This document shows positions 24,808-33,364 of a stretch of 33,364 bases of DNA, piece after piece (positions within the stretch are counted from its first letter, which is position 1; each line of letters starts with the position of its first letter). The translations under genes and the position numbers were made by a program. The stretch spans positions 1 through 33,364 of the forward strand of contig LWCA01000292.1 in the NCBI GenBank assembly GCA_001642005.1, written 5' to 3'. The stretch comes from Intoshia linei. Taxonomy: Eukaryota; Animalia; Orthonectida. The notes below the pieces were generated by a model. The model had not been told where the DNA came from, ran no database searches, and was given only the letters and a program-made list of their open reading frames with translations.

Positions 24808-26219
24808 ATGACAGAAGCTGTAAACCAGTAATATTTTATTTTAAATAAGTGTTAATCTTAAAATTTTAGTAACGAAGAGATAATTGAAGACGTAATGTTG
24901 ACTTTAATCATGTATAATATTTTTAGTTGCCGATATATAGCAATTTTGATTCATTAAATCTTAAGCCGGAACTATTGCAAGGAATTTTTTCATACGGATA
25001 CGAATATCCATCTGCTATACAACAAAAAGCGATTAAGCCTTGTATAGATAGGAAAGATGTCATCGCTCAGGCACAATCTGGGACAGGAAAGACTGCAACT
25101 TTTGCAATTAGTGCGTTGCAAAACATTGATATTGCAAAAAACGACGTGCAAGTGTTAGTACTCTCACCTACACGTGAACTGGCAAAACAGAGTAATAAAG
25201 TCATTATGGCTATCGGCGATTTTTTGCAGATCAAATCAGTTTTGTGCGTAGGAGGCACTAATGTTCAAGCTGATATTGCATTGCTGCAACAAGGCCAACA
25301 TATAGTTGTTGGGACGCCAGGAAGAGTTTTCGATATGATGCAAAGAAGAGCTCTGGGTATTTTCACTACTTTACTTTGTTGCATTTTAAATTAGATACGA
25401 GTTATGTCACAATGTTCATTCTTGATGAAGCCGATGAAATGTTGTCTAGAGGATTTAATGATCAAATATATCAGATATTTCAATATTTGCCAAAAAATGT
25501 GCAAGTATCGTATTTTATAACATGATTTGTATTTATTTATATAGATTGTTTTACTTTCTGCAACAATGCCTATTGATGTAATGGATATGGCGAATAAATT
25601 TATGAACGAACCTGTGAAAATTCTTGTGAAACAAGATTCTGTTACCTTACAAGGTATACCACAATTCTATGTCATGCATGATGTGGAATCCAATAAGGTA
25701 GACACACTAGTTGAACTGTACAAAAGTTTGTCTGTTACGCAATGTGTTATTTTTTGTAATACTCGAAGAAAAGTTGAATATATTAAAGATACCCTTTTGA
25801 GTCGAAGCCATGTTGTTGCAGCAATAGTATCATTATAATTTACTAATTTAATGGTTACATTTAGCATGGCGATATGACTCAAGAAGAACGAAGTCAAATT
25901 ATGACTCAATTCCGTACGGGTAGTGCAAGAGTACTTATTAGCACAGACTTACTATCCAGAGGTATCGACGTACAACAGGTGTCTCTGGTAATCAATTTTG
26001 AAATGCCAAGTAGTAAAGAAGTGTATATTCACAGGTATTTTATTATTTTTTATTTATGCATTAACATTAAGAATTGGACGATCTGGTCGTTTTGGACGCA
26101 AGGGAGTTGCTATTAATTTGTTGATTGAGGATGAAGCTGTCAAGATGAGAGATATTGAAAAGTTTTACCAGACAAACATTACTCAAATGCCCCAAAATAT
26201 CGCAGATTTAATAAAGTAA
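24808..26219 (+). CDS. EIF4A: eIF4A DEAD-box RNA helicase, eIF4A1/2-like (about 393 aa, 7 exons)
   Basis: Exons 24808-24827, 24870-24891, 24927-25356, 25395-25504, 25545-25826, 25865-26034, 26072-26219 (1182 nt). Motifs [59 protein letters not shown]. The two tiny 5' exons are less certain. Confidence 0.93.
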
Positions 26220-27022
26220 TTAAATATATGTAATTAGTTTTAATAAATATAATTTGTTTTTTGTTTGCATTTCTCAAGGTTGTTATTTCATCAAAAATTC
26301 TACTTTATCTGTAAATATTTACTTATTTTTAGTCTTAATCCATAACCAGGTGTTCAACCTTTTCATATAATAATTTTAAATTAGACCACGTTTTATTGAA
26401 TTATCACTCAACTATTATAAACTTATTTTTTATTTTCTACTTTTATCTAAATTACAACTGTTAATGTAATTCTTGATTGTGTAAACGACGGTTTAGGGTT
26501 GTGTGATGAAAACACTGCCCGTAAAGTATTTTTTTTCAGGATTTTACCTGGTTTAGTTTAATATTTGAAACTTCGCTTCAATATGAACGATAACTTTAGT
26601 TATATTTATTACGTATGAGTTCAAAGTGTCAGCGTTTGTGGGACTCACAGTTTTGCTTTAATGTTGAGCATGATCTCAGGAAGCATCACATAAATAAGTA
26701 CAGAGAAAATTGATCTTATGAGTCTTCTTCTGATCATTACTTTACTCAAAATACGTAAAACACGCTCTTAATAAACCAATTAAGATTGAACTCATTAATG
26801 TTTTAAATAGTCGTATTGAAATAAGTAAAGTAACCACTCCCTTATCCTAAGTATATCATGAATAAAAAACTATGTACTATAGGTATTTAATTCGTTTAAT
26901 TAATTATTTATATTGTATTCTAGGTTTCAAGATCTTTTAGGGTTGTATGTATAATTTCATTGTTTTTAAGATCATACACTTATTGGTTAATAAATTAAAA
27001 AAAAACCGGGCCACGGGAGAAC

Positions 27023-27476
27023 TAGGGGTTCTCAACGTGGGCTACAGAAAATTTTCAACATTAAAAAAAATTTGGTATATTAAATAATAAAATTGCTACC
27101 CAAAAAAAAATCTATAAATGCATAATTAATTTGGAATTATATTTTAAGGATCTTCAAAACTTCGAACTAAATGATGAAACAAGTCCTGAACTCACTAAAA
27201 AACTTTTGTACTTGAAAGAAAATTAGTAAGACGAATAGGAGGGTTTATTGGAATTCATTAATCAAATCCAATTATGTTTAACTAAGCATTATTGATTTTT
27301 CTACAACATGGCTTGTAGAAGCTGTATTTTCAGCAAGAATCGATATTTTTAGTAAGAAGAGGTCAAAATTGGATGTGAACTACCAAGGATGCGATTATAT
27401 AAATAAAGCCTTTTACTGTAAATAAAAGTAGATATTTTAAGGTGGGCCATGGCCTGAAAACGGTTGAGAACCGCTG
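27023..27476 (+). mobile_element. hAT (Charlie/Buster-like) remnant with C-terminal transposase fragment
   Basis: Ends TAGGGGTTCTCAAC and GTTGAGAACCGCTG. Peptide STTWLVEAVFSARIDIFSKKRSKLDV (about 27300-27377) resembles the Buster/Charlie dimerisation motif STYLCExGFS...KxRSRLD. No TSD seen. Confidence 0.75.
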
Positions 27477-28297
27477 ATTTATACAAATACATAACAGCCA
27501 CGCTGGTATATAATTGGAATCAAAATAAAACTTAATTTAAAAGATATTCTTATTCAGATTTTAGATAATTTAAAACTAATTTCAATGATATATAATATTT
27601 ATAAGTATTGGTTCATATACCTATTTATTAGACTTTGTAATATTAAAATAATATATGACAAAGTAACACATCAATACTAAAATTGACCATTTATAAATAA
27701 TGTTGGCATTAATAAAAATTAAGTTTGAATTAAAATTAAATAACTTTATTGATTTAAAATGCATTTATGAGAAATAAATGAAACTGATTATTACTGCTTT
27801 TTATGAGATATATTTGCCAAAAACAAAAAAATCTTACTGTTATTGAAAAATATAAACATAAAAATAATGTTGATATTTATTATTTTTACATCAATATTAT
27901 ACTGCCCACGTTATAATATAAATTTTTATAACAATTTTTTACACATAATTATCTTGCCCAACCTGTCGATCGAAGATGATTTTTTAGTCGATCATTAAAA
28001 TTAATTTTAATATTGATCGTCATTGAAATGATCTCTATATTTATAAAATTTAATTAGTATTTATATACAGATTTCACATATGACAGAGCCCACTTTAAAC
28101 GTTTTTCTATATGAATTTTTAAATGAGGTCTTTTAAGAGATTTTCTTACATTTCCAAAGTTGTTTAATATTTTACGACGAGATGTTTTTAATAATTTTAC
28201 ATAGTTATAGATTAGATAGTTCGACAACAGTTTATGAAAAATCTAAATGTCTATGTCTCGCTATTATCATAAACACGGCAAAAATTTAAAACCAAAC

Positions 28298-28304
28298 AAA
28301 AAAA
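28298..28304 (-). terminator. RNA polymerase III terminator (T7) after tRNA-His
   Basis: Run of 7 T on the minus strand immediately after the discriminator base. Confidence 0.8.
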
Positions 28305-28376
28305 TGCGGTCGCCCGGATTCGAACCGGGGTTGTCACGGCCACAACGTGACGTACTAACCACTATACGACGACCGC
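28305..28376 (-). tRNA. trnH-GUG: tRNA-His (GUG)
   Basis: GCGGTCG-TC-GTATAGTGGTTAGTAC-G-TCACG-TTGTGGC-CGTGA-CAAC-CCCGG-TTCGAAT-CCGGG-CGACCGC-A: full cloverleaf, A and B boxes, GTG anticodon, no intron. Confidence 0.97.
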
Positions 28377-30347
28377 CAAAAACTTTAAAAAAAGATTCAT
28401 TTTATATCGAATTAATGAAAGAAATATATTAATATCACTGAGAATCAAAACCATTGCAATTCAAAAAATACAAATCATTTTTTGTGAAATAATGTAAATT
28501 AAACTTAAAATTGATGAAAATATAAATTATTCTATAACTTGTTTAGTAATTGTTACTAAGTTTTAATATATTTAAAGTAAATTTATTTCCTAAAATATAT
28601 CAAACAACTCTTTACCTTTACAGTGTAGTTGATCAAAGTTTTTGAGTTATCAAATTAAAGAATATGTTTAAATAATTTAATAACAATAATAATCGTTTAA
28701 ATCAGTCGGATCTACGAAATAAGCAAAGAAAGCAACTTCTTTTCTAAAATAATAACAATAGTTAATTCGATTTAATTGTCAATATGAATACAAACGGACA
28801 AAATTTTTGGGGAGTTATTCTGTATTATGCAAAATAAATTCAAAAATAAAATAATATACAATACTATACATATAAATATATGTTTTTCTGATAATTGTCA
28901 ATGTAAAAAATTGACACAATAAATTTTTAATTTATAAAATAAACCATAAAATATACAGTGCATCGCGACGCACAGGTTAAGAATCACTACTATAGTAATT
29001 CACAATTGCACCACACTGTTAGTGTTAATTTTCAATTAAAGAATTCCAAATGATTTTATAAAAATTAACAGAATGAATACCAAATAAAAAAAATTTTATA
29101 AAGTGCTTTAAGGAATTTTTTTGTACACAAATTTTATAAGGGTTTCAGTTTTTTAATTTTGTTTGTTTTTAATGACAACAAAGACTTTGGCTAATACCTG
29201 TGTTATTAATATTTTATCTATATATTTTTTATGTTTTAATCTAATATAATAACGATTTACTGGAGACTCCTTTTGTTCCTAGTATTATATAATCAGAATA
29301 TAAAATATTAAGATTTTTAAACACAAATTGTAAAACGTTTAATATATAATCTTAATAATTTCAAAATTTCAATTAATTTACACCAGTTTCATGGTATTGC
29401 AGAATTAAATAGAAATATTAGAAATTGACTGCATAGAGGACCGAAGAAAAGAGGCCACCAATTATAAAAGCTTATTATTCTCTCTATTATTACCGACTTT
29501 CTTACAAATTTAATTATGAACGTGAAGGGGTTGATCATTAATTAAAAATCTGAAAATTAGAGACATCTATCGCGTAGTTACCAAAATAATTGAGCAACAA
29601 TACTGTTTTTAAAAACTTTAAATTTGATTATTTCTTTTTTTCAATAATTTAAATATATATGAACTTAAAATATGACGAGGAATCTTTTAAAACTGTTTTT
29701 AAATATGTAACACTAATTTAAAAAAAATGACGTGAATTTATCAAAATACAAAGTATTAGTAAGTCAAAAAGTACTTTCACATGGCTAATATCCATTTCAT
29801 ATGTACTACAACACATAATACAACTTAACCATTTAGTCGCTAAAAAACCTTTTCGCACTTTGTAAAATATAATGTTAACAGTCGCAAGTGCACAAAAATG
29901 ACCCATATTTATAAATAAAAAATGTATAAAAAGTAATAAAACAATCAAGTCGTAAAATTTAATAAATTCGATACATATAAACAAATATTTTGCATCACAC
30001 AATATAAAAAATTTTTAGATGTCTTGATTAACTCCATAAATATGGGTTAATTTTGGCAATAAAATAAGATATTTAAATTTTATCCTTTTTTTAAAAATGA
30101 AAAAAGCATAATTTTATAAAACAAATCCTGGGATAGTTTTTAAAATAATAAGCATTGTCATAAATTGCAACCTCTAAAAGGTGTGTTTGAACCATAAAAA
30201 CACGAGATTACCATTTGTTTAAAAAATAAAAGACTTAAAAATTTATATCTCCAAAAAAAGTCGCCGTACGGTCAAAAAAGCACTTTGATATTAATTTTTT
30301 TTATTTGATAACTACAGTAAATACGGTTAATTTCACTTTTTTTATGT

Positions 30348-30608
30348 CAGGGGTCGGCAACCAGTGCCCCTTTGAATAAATATGTAAATTATTTATTTTT
30401 CAACTTTAAAACATTTTATACTACATAATTGGCTCATTTTAATACTGAATTTTGAGATAATCTTGCATTTTATTTTGTTGAATATACTAATACCGTTCCT
30501 CTTCAGTTAAAATTAAAATCTATCATGTGTAAATTTGAAAAATTTGGCCCATATAAATTTTGTATATATAAAATTGTCCAACAAGATGAAAAAGATTGCA
30601 GACCCCTG
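30348..30608. mobile_element. hAT-type MITE (261 bp)
   Basis: TIRs CAGGGGTCGGCAA / TTGCAGACCCCTG (12/13 match). 8-bp flanks TTTTATGT and TTATATGT (7/8), consistent with a hAT TSD. Confidence 0.85.
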
Positions 30609-31708
30609 TTATATGTGAAATTTTACTAAATATTTCATTTTCTCACAATAATTACAAACAAACAATATCTCAACTAAACTATCGCGAACTGTAAATTTTA
30701 AATGAAATGTAAAAACATACGTAAATAGTTGAAAAAAGTAAATTATGGAGGGTTTACTGTAAAAGATGTTTTTGCTAAGAATCACTGTTTTGTCACCCTT
30801 TTCTATGTGACTATAAATATAATAAATAATTACTTTTACCAACAAATGCGACTAAAAATAATTTTTATAAAGATGAATGCTTATAAGATTTTAATTGTAA
30901 TAATAATTTTATATAAATATAGTAATTATACAATGTATAAATATATATTTAATATACCAGTATAGCGATGTTAAAGTCGAATTGACTCGAAAGAATTACA
31001 GTCAACATATAATGGTTAATAGGATTAAACATACTGAATATCACTGAAGTAGAGGTAATAAGAAAGGGATTATAGAGGTAAGAGATGATTATTTTTGACT
31101 AAATTCTAAACTGTTCGTTGTTTTGCGACACGACAATAATTAGTTCTACATTGTACTAATTAATATTTCGATTCGAATAAAATTTGTGTACAATTGAAAC
31201 ATTCATTAATCTAAGTTCTATTGCAAGCTGATTTATACTTAAACCACCTTGGTACAAATAATATCTATAAAATTGATACAGGAAAGTCAAAAGTTTCGAA
31301 AAAAAATGGTCACTCCTTGAGTATATAATATTATTAAACTAAAAATTACCAACAACTAATAATGAAATAACTTTAAGAGAAAATAACATATTTTTTAAAT
31401 TTAAAATAAACTAAAACTAATAAAAAATATACATATGTATGTCTTATTACTTTAAAAGTTAAGCTAACATTTATATAATGCATATAATTTATTCGCATGC
31501 TATTTTTACAATTACTTATTAACATAATTAAACTGAATGGTATCATATAATCAGGTTCATCATTCTATCGAAAATTTGGAGTACTTTGAAATTTAAGGGA
31601 TAAATAAAGATGCTTGCAAATACAATATTTTTAAATAACGTCGAAGACTGCACAATAAGCATAATTAATCGTAGAATAATTGAAATAAAAAACAGATGAA
31701 ATTACAAT

Positions 31709-32487
<779 letters not shown>

Positions 32488-33060
32488 TCAGTAACCTTGT
32501 GAAGTTAACTTTATCAAACTGAAAAGTTACAATTGCATTTGTATTTTATTTATGTTTATATTTTTATAAAATAACCCAACAGATAATGTTGATTAATATA
32601 AAAATTGATGAATACTACAATCAAATCTAAACAAATTGAAATATTAACCTTTATGGGTGCGGTTTAGTCAATTTAATTAGATGAGTAAAATTTTTGAGAA
32701 GGTATGCTATTAATAACACTCTCTAACAAAATTTCGACAAACTGACCGAAACTTTTGTTATATGTAAGTGAACCAGTCTACATCTATTTTTAAAAAAAAT
32801 TTATTCATTTCAAGATCGACTTTGGATTTAATTAAGGGTCAAAGTTTTTTTTTAAAGAGGTAAACTCCACTGTGAGGTCTATTTACAATCAATATTGTAT
32901 ATTACAAATGGTAAAATTGACAAATAGACATATACGATTACATATGTATAAAAAAATTGTCATTAATTATTTAATTACCTTAATTAATTAACCTCTAATT
33001 TTAAGGCAACATCGACAAACAATATGAAATAAAAATTTTCTGGATGTACTATTTACATAA

Positions 33061-33364
33061 CACGTAAAATCAACTTTTTCGAGTTACCCCTAAACGAATT
33101 GTGTTCAATATCAAGGATGTAATTGATAGACATAAATTTTAAAAATTAAGATATAGGAAAGTATCAATTAAAAATATTTAATAAAAAATGTCATAATTAA
33201 ATAAATTTAAAATTTATTTTTTATTGAACACTACAAAAAAATTCACAAATCATATTTAATGATCTACATCTTCCAAAACGTCTTTCATATAACATAGTTT
33301 GATGAAATTTTTCACCCTTTTCGTCTGACCACATACCGCAGTTTAGCGCAAAGAAATCTAAATG
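33061..33364 (-). mobile_element. Probable Chapaev3-like transposon 3' end, runs off the window
   Basis: Minus strand LDFFALNCGMWSDEKGEKFHQTMLYERRFGR resembles the LDFFPxNxGxxSDExGERFHQ motif, which I recall as Chapaev3-type. Candidate terminus CAC at 33061, preceded by TAA. Confidence 0.6.

Noticed and set aside
25067-25909. Minus-strand ORFs inside eIF4A, and similar shadows at 7833, 10082, 13774, 19529 and 32273
   Set aside because: Antisense to well-supported exons.
26500-26740. Possible C/D snoRNA downstream of eIF4A
   Set aside because: Box-like motifs are not correctly paired or spaced, and no guide sequence was recognised.
28247-28432. 61-aa ORF
   Set aside because: Antisense to tRNA-His; a typical spurious translation.
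29718-30965. AT-rich ORFs 29718-30002, 30609-30845, 30729-30965 (also 2285, 3987, 5544, 11301, 12362, 15993, 16557, 24230)
   Set aside because: Low-complexity I/F/K/N/Y-rich translations with no motifs or coherent splice structure; several lie in repeats or introns.

Overview
Very AT-rich eukaryotic (most likely metazoan) genomic DNA with many very short GT-AG introns (mostly 32-48 nt), so the ORF track shows only exon fragments. I rebuilt the spliced gene models by hand and checked exon phases. Genes: MED4 (-); a head-to-head pair of purine nucleoside phosphorylase paralogues (one intact +, one degenerate -); a secreted, probably GPI-anchored protein with a MAM domain and three Cys-spaced helical modules (+); NUP54 (-); RPRD1A/B-like (+); a divergent eIF4A (+); tRNA-His(GUG) (-); UBA52 ubiquitin-eL40 (-). 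Intergenic DNA holds many decayed DNA transposons: mariner, Tc1, Tc3-like, hAT Charlie/Buster-like, a probable Chapaev3-like element, and MITE/foldback elements. I see no new multi-gene system. The best leads are the MAM-GPI surface protein, the PNP paralogue with altered active-site residues, and a tRNA-His with a genomic G at -1. All family assignments come from motif recognition, not database searches. The organism cannot be determined from this window.
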